From Setoptus koraiensis (taxonomy: Eukaryota > Animalia > Arthropoda): 64,000 nt of DNA. Below, piece after piece: positions 45,188 to 58,361 of this stretch. Position 1 is the first letter of the stretch. Each line of letters starts with the position of its first letter. A model generated the notes under the pieces. The model had not been told where the DNA came from and searched no databases. It saw nothing but the letters and a program-made list of their open reading frames with translations. A program made the translations under genes and the position numbers. The stretch covers positions 14,632,001-14,696,000 of the forward strand of contig CM106585.1 in NCBI GenBank assembly GCA_048013815.1, given 5' to 3'.

Positions 45188-46830
45188 ACCAGTCTTAACC
45201 AAGTAAAGCTCAGACTGCACCTGGATATGCCAAGGAAAGCTTCATCGAACGTTTTAAAACGTCATATCGAATACCCGTGGCTTTCCCAACGAAGTATTAC
45301 CCAGCGAAAAACTTCCAAATTGGGATTGTGTCATAATCTCGAAAACCCTGAATCTCGAATACTGGAACCTCGAATACCGAAATCTCGAAATTCTAAAATC
45401 TCGAAATTCTAAAATCTCGAAATGCCATAATCTCGAATTTGCAATTCTAGTCGCGCGATTGTAAAACGCAAAGTGTAGCAGAATTGTAGCAGACGATTGT
45501 GTTGGAAGATCTTCTTGGATCTCATTCACGTGACTGCTTACCTAGTGACTGTTACTCAACTCTTAATTGAGATTCATTCTTCTTCTTGCACACAAGCGGT
45601 CCACATATCATCTAATTAATTTCAAAGATGTCATCCTCTGATAGTTCAGATGATTCGAATGACTTGAACATCTATTGTCAATTAACTCTTGGCAATAAGA
45701 ATAAGTGGCAAGCTTTCGATGGTGCCTACTCATACATCAATGACAGTATGGTTTGGATTTGGCACCAAGATATGTTTTAACTGACTTCGAAGTTGCTATT
45801 ATTAATGCGGTTCGCGTTCATTTCCCGGCAGCAAGTCACCACGGGTGTCTATTTCACCTTGGCCAGATAATTTGGAGAAATGTTCAAAAACGTGGTTTGC
45901 AAAGATTATACTCGGTTGATCTGCCTTTCGCTACAAAAGTGAGGCAATTGATAGCTTTGGCATTTTTAACTCCTGAAGAAATTCCAGATGCGTTCAATCT
46001 TATAAAAGAAAGTATCGACCCGAGGGCGAATGAACTCGTCGATTGGTTCGATGTTTACTATGTCACTGGTAGGAGAATTAGACGAGGTGTTCGTCCACCT
46101 ATATTTCCGCCGTCCATGTGGTCAATCTCAGAACTAATGGATTCTGGGCTTCCTAGAAGCCAAAACAGCCTCGAAGCGTGGCACAGACGCTTTAATTCTT
46201 TGGCTGGTAATAATCATCTCGGAGTTATTGCTTGTATTGAGCTCCTGAGAGATGAAGCTCATTCAGTTGCCATAACTGTCGAGAGATTGGAGGCCGGTAT
46301 GCTCCCCAGATCTGATGCTGCGATGTCTCAACGAGAAGAACGCATCAAAGCAGTTTATCAGGACAAGAGCAATCGGTCTACAGAAGATTTCTTAAGAAGT
46401 ATAGCTCACAGCATTATGTTCACCGTTGTAGTAGAACGAGAAGACGAAGAAGGTTTCGAAGAAAATGATGAATAAATTTGAGATTTCGGACTTTCGAGAT
46501 TTTAGTATTCGATATTTTGGGATCCGAGATTTCGGGGTAGACCCTTCCAAATTAAACAAGAGCGTAAGCATGAACAACAAGTATGGCTTGCTGAGGCGCT
46601 TCGGACTAAATTTCCTTGACCTGGAAGTTATTCTTGGAGATTCAACCGAAGTATTTGCAAAAAATAGACTACCCTATAGCGCGACGGCTATCGATCACTT
46701 GTTGCAGGAGATAGATGATGACAATCTGTTCGGAAAAGTCGACATGGATAGTTCTTTCAAAGCAAACTCAAAAATCAAGGTATATCTAAGCTGTCACAAG
46801 CACAACGATCTGTCCAATGAAGAGCTCTAA
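45188..46830 (+). pseudogene. Unknown ORF (about 135 codons) split by the MULE insertion
   Basis: Removing 45322-46544 and one TSD copy joins ...ITQRKTSKL to NKSVSMNNKYGLLRRF...DLSNEEL* in the same frame with no stop. No family recognised. Confidence 0.4.
45322..46544 (+). mobile_element. Internally deleted Mutator-like (MULE) DNA transposon, 1223 bp
   Basis: Perfect 9-bp TSD TTCCAAATT (45313-45321 and 46545-46553). Imperfect TIRs start with GGG and are built of AATCTCGAA repeats. The ORF at 45753-46475 carries MULE motifs LTDFE, GCLFHL and SQNSLEAWH. A 5' fragment (45628-45780) resembles the start of a FLYWCH-like domain, fused out of frame; the first catalytic Asp region is missing. Confidence 0.9.
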
Positions 46831-48124
46831 ACAACAGCGATTGTTTGAATACTTACAGATTCTCCAATACAACTGAGCGTCAACTAGAGTGAGGATCTTA
46901 ATATTAAAATCGTGGTCTCAACCAACACTGATGATCAGATTAATTTTGGCTTTTGTGAATATAGACGATTTTCGATTTAAACCATGATTGAAATAGGCAT
47001 TTCTTTGCCAAAAGGTTTTTTTTTCTTGGCTTTACCAGAGTGGATTTCATTCTTAATTTCCGGAATTCGTTCAAACCACAATGAAATCCCTAATGATTGT
47101 ACCTAAAGACCCCCACTCTAACTAATAGTAAGTAATCACCCCCCCCCCCCAAAAAAAAAAGAGCATATATTGATGTACTCACACGGCCTCTCGTTGAAAC
47201 GTGTTATGAGAAAATTTGTGAGAACATTCCATTGGTAGCTCGTTATCATCACGACAGTTGTAAACCTCTCATCATTTACTAGGTGGCCTCTTTTTTTTGT
47301 GGAATCCAACATTGCTTTACGGCACACGTTTACATTAGATTCTGGGAAAGCCATTAGAGATCACAATAAGTTTTATATCATTGACAGTAGAACAATCCGT
47401 GACGAACTACATCTGTTTTTCATAATGTTATGAGAGAGTGGCAGAAAAAAATCTCTGGCTGGTTCTATCTCAGGCTAGTTCATCATTACAAAACTATTCG
47501 ATTGCTTCTCGTTTTTCTTGTTTCAGCTACCATAGCGACAAATTTCATCTTCTCTCAATCAATAACATGCGATATCCTCTGAAAGAAGTGCTCGCACCAT
47601 ATCAGCGTCACGTATAAAGTGGGCTGTGTCACGGCATATCACCATGGCGGAGATATCGTCATAAATCAAACGGAGTGGTCAAAAACAAATACATAGATAG
47701 CTTCTGATCGAAAATCCATAGAACTATGGTCAAAAGGGATCTAAGCTATCACTTGAATTTATTTTTACTTTGAAGAACTATTCTGCATTCTTTACAAACA
47801 CAAACAAGTCATTGCACAGCGCCACGAGGCAGGCGTTGATTCCGAAAGGGTGAAAAATTTGTCACGCAATGGTTTAGTAGAGATCGATTGCAAGACAGCA
47901 TTTCATGATCTTCATCCAGTTATTCGCAATCCCTGTGCTGTTTCAGATCTGTCAAGCTGTAGAGAATCTGGAAAACATATTTTTCGTTTATTCAGTCAAT
48001 ACAATTAATTACTATCATTTTAACATTGCTGTAGATTGTCGTTCAAAGTTATCGAAGAGCTACTCAATTGAAAAGTTAATCACAAGATCTGACTGAGATA
48101 AACTCCATTTTTTATAACATAACA

Positions 48125-50216
48125 ATGAGTTCCGCAATGGAGCTTTGTGTTTCATGCTCAAATCAGTTTCCAACACACAGTCGCCAGTCAAACAGAAGGA
48201 ATACTGATCAAAGCAAAGATAGAAGATTCAGTGTGTTCGAACTTGGTTACAAATTGATCGAAAACTTTAATTTTTCCTTTATTCCCTACTATTACGACAG
48301 CAAATACGGAACTGGACGGAGAGTGATCGCTGTCATATATCGAGAGAGTAAATTGAAACTTTCTTTGTGTTGTGCGCAGTTACTGTTTTTATCCCTTTGG
48401 CTTTGCAACAGTGCCTATAATGGATTCAATTTAGCTAAATACTTCGGTCGATATTTCAACAGTTTGAATGATGATGAAATCACCGAATGCTGCACATGGG
48501 ATTCTATATCGCAATTTAGCAAGTTTTGCTTCTCATCTTTTGTAAGATTAGTCACTACCGACTATTGGATTGCTAGTGTTGACTACAGACGAAGAATTAA
48601 TGTGCTTCTTTTTACATTCACCTTGAACTCGCTTGTTCAGAGATTGTACTGTTTATTGAGATACCAGAGAGTGAACATATCACGACCCAGTATAATTAAG
48701 GAACTTGTACAGGAAAACACAGATACTGTCAGCGAGGAGAACAAGTTCCTACAATTCTTATGCGGATACAAATTAACATTCACCGAACATATAACGTATT
48801 GTATTTTCAGTCGTCCTGTGCCCCAAAGTTTATCCAGCAAAAATCATATCTTGAAAGAAATGACCAAACAGGATATACTGGAGTTTGACTTCATGGCGAT
48901 ACGCTATGACGACGGCTTATTGTGCTCGTCGAAAGCAACGAAGAATTTAGTCAGAGCGATAGCAGTGTGCCTAACAACCTTGATAGCTGCTTCTTTCTTT
49001 TGCACACAATTACCGTTGATACTGAAAGAAATCTATACGGAGAAGAAAAAGGTCGATTGCCATGCATTCATTGTTATTACGCTAAATTATATTAACCTAA
49101 CTTTGATTACACTCGTCAATTCGGCCACATTCGCCGATTCCTTTCTGCTTGTAGAGGTGGCAGTTATATTGTCTAACAGACTGTCCATCTACAATGATCA
49201 ATTAATGCATATTATTTCACAATTGCAAGTGAGAGTTAGCCAACGACCCAATGAGAGCGGCTGCTGGGAACGAATGCGATTCATGAATCATCATGATGTG
49301 TATGAAGAGAACGATCCCCATGCTCGAAGAAGAAGCTCGCATTGTGAGCCTAGTGAATGCCATAATCCGATCAATTCCGAATGTGATACAGGTTCGACAG
49401 CTATGCACTCCTCACAAGTGATGATTGGACAATCATTGGACGCAAAATGCATAAGAATGATCATGATCCTGCATCAAATATTCTTCGAATTCAAACTAGC
49501 GAAGAAAATGTTCACCAATAGAACCGATATAGATATTCTAATATCATTGTGCTCGCTTACTTGGATTATTAGCACGTGGTTCGTTGCATATAATTGTATG
49601 ACGTGCGGTACAGATTTCGTTACACAATGGGTTCTTTTTATGTTCTCTTTTATGGGAAGTGCCCACTTGGTGAACGCGGCAGGTCAAGTGCTCTTTCTAG
49701 CTCGCTTGTCAGAAAAAGTAAGCCTCTGTGTGAAATTTCTTCCATGAAAAACTCTTTTTAAACAGTTAAATTAACCAAATTAAACATTTCTCTTCTCCAA
49801 ATCAATATATGCAATTGATATATGCTCAAATCAATGTGGTGGACGGCGTTCAAATCAGTTTAAACTTGTCAATCGAAATCTCTCGTCGCTGTTAGTCGAA
49901 CAGGAAATGTTTCAGCAGAGAAGTCGCACATGGATATTGGAAACATCGCAATATCTCCTGTCAGTATCAGAAACGTCATTTGAATTGTTTCGGACAGTTA
50001 CAGTCAATAATGAGAACTTTTTCAAGGTCAGTTTTATCGGGCTGTTTTTAATGGTCCTGTTTTGTCAAACAATTCTTTTCTACCCAGATTTATTACAAAG
50101 TTCATTTCCAAAACATTTTTTACTCACTGAATAATATTGCTTCTTTGCAGCTCATTGTGTGGATAACAACGGCGGTTTATACTTTCTTACAGTTCTCCGC
50201 TTCACTTAACATGTAG
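48125..50216 (+). CDS. Divergent gustatory-receptor-like 7-TM protein 2 (608 aa)
   Basis: Exons 48125-49717, 49859-50026 and 50151-50216, with phase-0 introns. Ends LIVWITTAVYTFLQF. Paralogous to protein 1 along its length. Confidence 0.75.
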
Positions 50217-51984
50217 TAAATGGATGAGGAGGAATGAAGAAGAAGTCAGAAATAGAGTTCCTTTAATCAAATGCGAGGCAATATCTCACAATTCGGACTT
50301 TGTTCTCCCTTTTCGCTATACTTTGTATATTGTCATTTGATTGTTTACATGATAATCGGGACCAACAGAATCGGTGGTTATTCTTGTTGTGAATCGGTAG
50401 AAATCATGTGAGAGCCAGGCCTTTTTCGGTAGAAAGGTGAAAATTCGGTGGATACGATTATGAAATACAGTGTTCAGTTGATTCAATTAAACTAGGGCTC
50501 AGAGTTAACAACCGAGCAGCACTCTCAGATATCAAAACTGTCTGATATTATCATTCAAATAGCAAGTGTTTTCTGATCTACAAACACAATCTGTCTCAAA
50601 AAATCACTTGTCCTTTGCGGAAAATCTTTCGAACCTATCATATTCGTAGTGAGAAAAATAAATTTCGGTAAAAACAAGAAATAACCCATACATTCGCTAT
50701 TTCGGTGGAGACAAATTTTTCACAAAGGACTCATTTATGTATGACTTGCTCACATACAAATTTTCAGCGTTTGCACCCGGCTGGGAATGAATCGGTAAAG
50801 AGCCGATTCTTTTGGACCAAATATTAATGAACATTCCAACATACCTGAATAGGTACACCAGAAATGCGGAAATCTACTGTTTTCGATGAGCGATATGTGC
50901 TTCCACGGAGCATGCAACGTTTCAATATGATATTATGGAGGATTCTCTGAAACAGTGGACTTCCGCTTTTCTGGTATATCTTCCTCTGTATGATCTCTAT
51001 ATACTATGATGGAATGATCATAATCATGTAGATTTACTCAAAAAAAAGATACGGTTGAGCCCAAAGAGGGCTCATTTCAATAAAGAGGGCATGCAGATTC
51101 AGAATTCACAAAAGAGATAATGTAATAAATATCAAGACGTACTTTACGTAAGGTGGTAGTGTGAAAACTATTATATGAAAGTAGATAAAATTCAAACAAG
51201 TGAACTAGTAATCACAATCCTCATCACAGTTGAGTCTTCGTATATGTGCCAGTGATTTCAATAGAAAAGTTGGCAAATATGTCAGTTAGATGATAGTGAT
51301 CAGAAGCAGGGAAACCTGTGAAGATTAATTTCAGTGCGATAGATTTCAAATGAATGTTACGTAAATATGCTTGTCGTGAATAGCATCTGAATAGGAGCTT
51401 TTGGTTAACAAGTCGTGAGGTGGGGTAAACTTTCGCTTTCTTCCGTATCAGCCTAACTTCACCCACATCGTGCGTATTTGACAAAAACAAATATTTGTAT
51501 CGTGACATGAGTCAATCTATGTACAGGATATAATGGTCACGAAAATCAATTCTCTGTTCGTTAAGATAAGTCCATCGCTAAATCATCGTTTTCATCCCGT
51601 GAGTAGTGTGCCTGTGATTCTGGATTCGAAGGTTCCAATTGTTCAATGGATTGGGACACGATTCGGGATATCACGAGAATGAGGATTGTTTCTAGGGAAC
51701 CGCTGCCAATATCGTTGTGCTTAGTGAAAGCGCATTGTCCATTTAATGTCTGATGCGTTGATTTTCATCACAGACTTCACCACACCCGGATATAATCTCT
51801 ATCTACATCATGAACGTTCAATCCTGACATTAACTGTATTCGGTATAATTGCTTCAAGTTATTCGGAGCTCCAATCAGTCCAAGCTACTGTCACTCGATC
51901 TATTGCTGATTCTGCCGGGATAGTATTAAGATATAATCGATGGTTTATGAGAAATTACTTTTATTGTAGCTTTGTGATATCAGT

Positions 51985-54189
51985 ATGGCATGCAAAAAAG
52001 TTTCGTACACAGAAAACATTCACATAACCGATCCACAAACCGATAACATGCGACAAGGAACTGCAAATCAAAGCAATGTTATGAGATTTAGTTTGTTTTA
52101 TTGGGGTAACCTAGTAATCGAGCATTGCAATTTTTCTATGATTCCTTACTATTATGACAGCAAATACGGAACAGGCCAGCGAGTAGTTGCCGTTATTTAC
52201 AAACACAGCAAATTGAGATGTTTTCTATACTGCCTACAGGTACTGTATCTATTTATTTGGCTTTGTCGAACTGGCTACAATGGATTTGATCTGAGTAAAC
52301 ATTTTGATGGATATTTACAGAGTTCGAACGGTAGGGATAATACTGAAAGTCCCACATTCAAACCTCTGTCGCTCATTGGGAGAGTATGCCTGGTAATAAT
52401 TAAGAGACTAATTACGTACGATCTTTGGGGTCCGGCAAAGGATTATCGAAGAAGAATGGACATATTAACGTTCACCTTTATGTTACATTCAGTTAGTCAA
52501 AAAATATATTATTTGATGAGGCGCCAGAAGGCGAAAATTCACAGACCCTTAATGATTGGAAATCCAGGTGTTTGTGAGATAACTTTAATCAGGAGGTATC
52601 TATTCTCATTTAAATTGTCAGTGAAAGAATACATTCGCTATTTTTTTCTCAATCAAACCCTCCCAGAATGTCTCATTAGAGAATACCCAATATTGAAAGG
52701 AATGACGGAGAAGGATATAACGGAGTTTAATATGATGGCAATACACAATGAAAATGGACCAATGTGTACATCACAAGCATTCATTAATTTTGTTAGATTT
52801 GTTACTTTGGGAATTCCAATGCTATTCGGTTGTTTTATTTTCTTCCCATTGGTGCCATTTTATTTAGTAGATCACTTAGGTGGGGAAGGCATCACCCAAG
52901 AGATTTATTTCTCCGATTACCTCGAACGTTGCAACATGTTCCCAATGACACTTTGCATCATAACTGCTTTCGTAGATTCTAGCGTACTCGCAGCATTTTC
53001 TATTTTATTGTCGAATCGAACCTTCATCTACAATAGGAAATTAGTCGCACTTATCACCGATTTACGAACCATGAGTAGCCGAGATAATTATCGTGAGACA
53101 CAAGGGTCCATTTGGTACCGCAATGGCAGCGATTTTACTGACACGGACACAAGAAATAACAAAGTTCCGGCTAGAAGTATTTTTTTTCGCACGAAATATA
53201 GTAAAGTAATGACTTTCGAACATGAAAAAAAATCGACATATTCACTCAATTCAACAAAAATGGCACTGCGCAAGTCGTTGGATGCCGAATTCGAACGAAT
53301 CATTCGAGATCTGCACCAGCTTTTGTTTGAATTTAAACTATTAAGAGAATTATTCAGCAAAAGAACCGATCTGGATATCTTCATATCACTGTGCTCATAC
53401 ACATGGGTTCTAGGCACATCTATAATTGCTTATAGATGTGAGGCATGTGTTAACAGATGGCCTTTATTTGTGATAATGCTCGGGGCAAACGCCTACTTGA
53501 TGAGTATTATCAATCAACTATTTTTTATGGCTCGAATGTCTGAAAAGGTGAGTTACCTCTCGCTTAAAGATAACCACATCTTGTAGTGATTGGCATAGTC
53601 ATTAGATTATGACAGCTGAAAAAGTCGCGTCAAAATGAACATCTCGATTGGATCTTAGTTGGGTCAGGATGAAAAGAAAAACCTTTTTTTTCAGATCTCT
53701 TTTCAAAGTCTTTCCGGTCAAATTCATCAAGCTGATTAAGTTGTCCGTTTTGGTGTATCGTTAGCACTAAGCAAAAGAAAATCGGCGCTTCGGATTTCTT
53801 TATCAGCTTATAACAAATGGCTTACAACAAATTCTCTCTTACTGTGCTTGTTCGAATCAGTTCAAACCTATAAATCGAAACCTTTTGTTGCTTTTAACGG
53901 ATCAGCAAACCTTGAGTCCCATCATACGTTGCTGGTTGCTTGAGACATCAAAACATCTCCAGACAGGATCTGAAACGTCGTTTGTTTTATTCCAAGCTGT
54001 GCCTATCAATTATTGTAATTTCCCTAAGGTTAGTATAACCCAGTCGACATTGGAACCTAACATTTATTTACACTGACTATTTTCTTCTCTTGTCAATCTG
54101 TCATTCATATTATTTTTCAGATAGTTGTATGGATAACAACTGCAGTCTATACGTTTTTACAATTTTCCAACGCACTTGGTTTAAAGTAA
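51985..54189 (+). CDS. Divergent gustatory-receptor-like 7-TM protein 3 (about 599 aa)
   Basis: Exons 51985-53547, 53861-54028 and 54121-54189. Ends IVVWITTAVYTFLQF. The start could be a later ATG. Confidence 0.75.
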
Positions 54190-55158
54190 AATCAATTTAA
54201 TATATATCCACAGATGAGGCAGTCTCAAGTTAAAGAATATGCGTAAGTAACTGATAGTATCATGCAGAACCTTTTGTGAGGAGAAACAAGATAAGTTTCG
54301 AGAGACTAAACTGAGAAGTTGCATCGACCGATTGGGGCTCGTTTGATATACGAGAACATTGAAAGTTACTCCCTCTTTTTCAAACAAGCAAGGTTTTCGC
54401 AAGGTGCATTCAATCAAGTTTCTTTTTAGTGTAGTTTCAAGGAGCATTTTATATCAACTACTTACCATAAAAATATTAATCTTTTCCCTAAAAAACTGAA
54501 TGTGTGTTAGATCTTCCCATAGCGATATGATACCAGGGAGTTTGCAAGAAAACATGGACTAGCAGATCGATGTAGGTTGCACTATTTAGAATTAAAAAAA
54601 ATAAAATCTCACCTAGGAATGTAATGCAACATGCCGGCATTAAAAATGCAACAAAATACTAAATAAAAAATGCAGTCCATAGGAACGGGAAGTGACCTAT
54701 AAAAGTATTGATCTTGTTTATTGTTGGAATGAATCAATTTTAAATGGTGTGAATGCGCTGAGTGAGTGCGAGAATAAAATACAATTCATCTACAGAGTCT
54801 ATGAAAGTAGTCTTGTGCTTATCATTCTGATGGCTGTTCATTGAGTATTATTTTGAAGAATTTCTGCCGTTACGCCACCATTTATAACGTATCTATCGAT
54901 GAGTACCAACGATCCTCCATAGAGTATCTGTAATTATATTACAGAACAATTGTCAAAATAAATCTTCTGAGTGAATGGAATCAAGCGGACAACAACAGAT
55001 GGCATTCAATCTACATTATCCTTTAGTATACTAGATGCTTTATTTATTTGTTTCAATATCCAGGATCGGCGCCAGTTTCACTAGTGCTGCTCTTGATCTG
55101 AGAGTCGGGCACAAATCTCGTGCCTATCATGGGATCTGATTTTTTTAGAGAGAAAGAT

Positions 55159-57194
55159 CTATTGAAGATCTAGCGTATAAGAGTACTGTAAGAATGTATA
55201 CACCGCCGTTGTGATCCATACAAAAAGCTGCGATCGAAAAATATTCAAAAAAAACAGTTAGAACAGGATATAGAGTGAAACATAACATTTCATTATATAT
55301 ATCAAAATGAAACTTACTGTAATGAAATGATCATGTTTGATTGAGACTGTGCGAAACAAAACGAACGATGTGATTGATCTTGATTGAAGATGACTTGATG
55401 TCTCTACGAGATCGTATCTGTTCCTTGGATTGAGCATGTTTTGGGCTGAAAGCACCACCAGATTGTCATTAATAAGTTTGCACTAATAACACGATGTTTT
55501 TTGCAATGATTAGTATTGTTGCTCAACGTTGGAAATTAATTTGAAATTAAAATGAACATTCAAAAGATCAGAAAAGAGAATTGAAAAATTTAACGAATGA
55601 ATTCAACTTGAAAAATTACCTTTTGTGCTATCTCAGATAGAAAAAACATTTGGAAAATTATAGTTAGTAAATAGCACAGACCAACAGAGCCAAATACTGG
55701 CAAGGTGACCGTCGGCTTTCCGTAACATGTTTCGCATTTGTAAGCAGTCACCGCTGAGCTTAGAACCCAAGTGCAAGAGCACAATTGAATAAATATATCC
55801 AGATCGAGCCTATCGGTGAAACTTTCCTTCATTAGTTTCCATTCATGCAATAACTGATGCAACACCACCAGCATCCTTTTGCATTCGTCATCATATGTCT
55901 GTAATTCCAAACGAAGCGTATCATCCATTCTGGTCGTGTTCGAATATTCTTTAGCTTGATCAAAAGATGCAAACTTTGGACCTGAATATATTTCTCTTTC
56001 ACAATAGGAAGGGTATTGAGGATAGACGGGCATTCTATTTGTGCCTTGATCTATTCTCTTGAATACAAAACTTTCGCATTGACTATGAGTTTGCTTGATT
56101 TTCTTGATATGCACAATAAGTCGATTCAACTGAATATTATAAATTGTCATTCGATCAGCTACAATGGTGGCGTCAATTAGGACTAAATAGGAGTCTCCGT
56201 AAGTGATTAAATTGAGAAATACGGTGAAGAACAGGTAGATATTTCTCAATAGAACACGAAAATCTCTAAAGTTGATAGTTTTTCTTATCATATCCGAGTC
56301 TTCTTCTGATGATTGTAGCAGAAGGTAGAATAAAAAGTTGTAAACTACTACAGCCATGATAGGTATAAAAAACAGCAAGAATAGTATTCCTATTGTGTTG
56401 TTCACTAGAGTTTTGTATGCGAAAGATGAGATCAACAATTTGTTTTCATGATGCAAATCCATTAAATCAAACTTAAGCATATCTTGTTGGGTTGTTTCTT
56501 TCAGTATTGGATATTCTTTAATCAAATGATCTGGCATGGGTCTCCTGAGAAGAAAATAAAGAATATATTCTTTTATCAAGAATCTATGTGTGAATAAGAA
56601 TTCTTCATACCTGACAAAGCTGTCAGCATAGCCAAAAGATTTCTTTTTCGATGAAGATGCGGATAAATATTGACGATGATAACTAGTCAAACTCTGACTA
56701 TTCTTGCTGGCAAGCTGGCGTCGAAATAAACACAGCAACCGCTGACAGAATGTGTTCAATACATATAAGAACGTTATAATGTTTAATTTTCTTTGATATT
56801 CTTTGAGGCTTGGAAACAATTCGAATGTCATCATGTTCCATATCACTGAGCTATATACTGCATCATCACTCGGTGCAAATTTTCGCACATATCCAGACAG
56901 ATTGAACCCGTTGTAGGAAGTTTGTGTGAGCATAAGAAGCAAACTGGTAATCTGTAGACAGTGAATAAACAACCTGAACTTACAATGCTTATACATCACA
57001 ACGAATATTCGTTGTCTTGATCCATACTTGGTGTCATAGAAATAGGGTGTCCAAGAGATATTGAAGTAATTAATCAGAAAATTTCCTATGATAAACACAT
57101 TGAAGGTTCCGGCCATTTTTCTCTTCTCTTTACAACTAGCATTGGTGGCGCGAGTTTGGACATCTAGTCGGTTATTTTCGTCTAAGCTGGCCAT
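55159..57194 (-). CDS. Divergent gustatory-receptor-like 7-TM protein 4 (602 aa)
   Basis: Minus-strand exons 57194-55620, 55482-55318 and 55227-55159. Ends LFVWITTAVYTFLQY. Same intron positions and phases as the other three. Confidence 0.75.
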
Positions 57195-58361
57195 GGTTGT
57201 TGGTGTCTCAGATCTCGAATCTCAATCTAAAATCAATTTCGTTCTATTGGTACTATTGACTAGAGCTAGTTATTGACCAATCTATTGCAACCTAGTCATG
57301 CTTGCTCTTTGCGATCGTCTCCCTTAACAGTATCTATGTGTCCAGAATCAAAGATTCGAGACACACATCGTGCGGGATTAAAAAATTGCAATTTGTTTAC
57401 CCAACACACACAGCTAATTCATATGTCCTCAATTCTGCTCGAATTCTGTTATTTTTTCCAAGATCCTGGAAGAGTTTTATGCCATTATGAATTTAATGAT
57501 GTTGATGCAACATTAGTTAGAATAGATGTCAAAACATGTCTAATGCTTAGTTATGGCGTGTCACATGGATAGACATGGATTGTCTATTATCGCGTCTATT
57601 CATTCCTGTGAGATACGCAAAAATTCTAATCATCAAAGCTGCTGTCAGACGAACGTCAGATTAGTTGGTAGCACGAAAGTTCCATCGTTTGTTTATCGGT
57701 GGTCGATGCGTGTGGAAAACGCGTGAAGTGATCGCCGGATTAAGCCCAATGATTGTTATTTCTACAGCATCGTCATTCGCCATGACAACTGGTACCCCAA
57801 CAAAAGAATATAGTGGATATAGAAAGCTATCTGCAAATTTCTAAGCTACATGTACAAAACCGATCACTCTCTGCTCAGATGATGGAATGACAATACTAAC
57901 GAGCGCCGGCAAGAGATCTAAATCACTGAACGGATCACTTCTGTGTCATGGCCTCTTAGCGATCATCTTCAAATCTCATGTTGAAGACCGAGTCGTGGAA
58001 AAAATGCTTCCAGATAAAAAAATATCTCATGTCGATCGCTGACTGCGCTTCACTAAGATTAATCTAGTGACACCCCTCCACCGAGCTTTTAAAGGTCTTG
58101 CACACAAACTTTGATGAAGTTTGGAAGTCAAATTTTAGCAAAAAGACAAAAAACGATTAAAACTTAACACCTGAGATTGAAGTCACTAAATTTTCAAATG
58201 TGAACTTTCATATTGAAACTTTCCAAAGTATTCTTTTATGCCTGGGTTTTTTTTATACACAACATCCAGCATTGATGATTTTCTCCTGCAATTCCGATGA
58301 TTACAAATCAAATTATATCGTGAGATTATCTTGATCCAGTATACTTATTATTTCATGAGTT

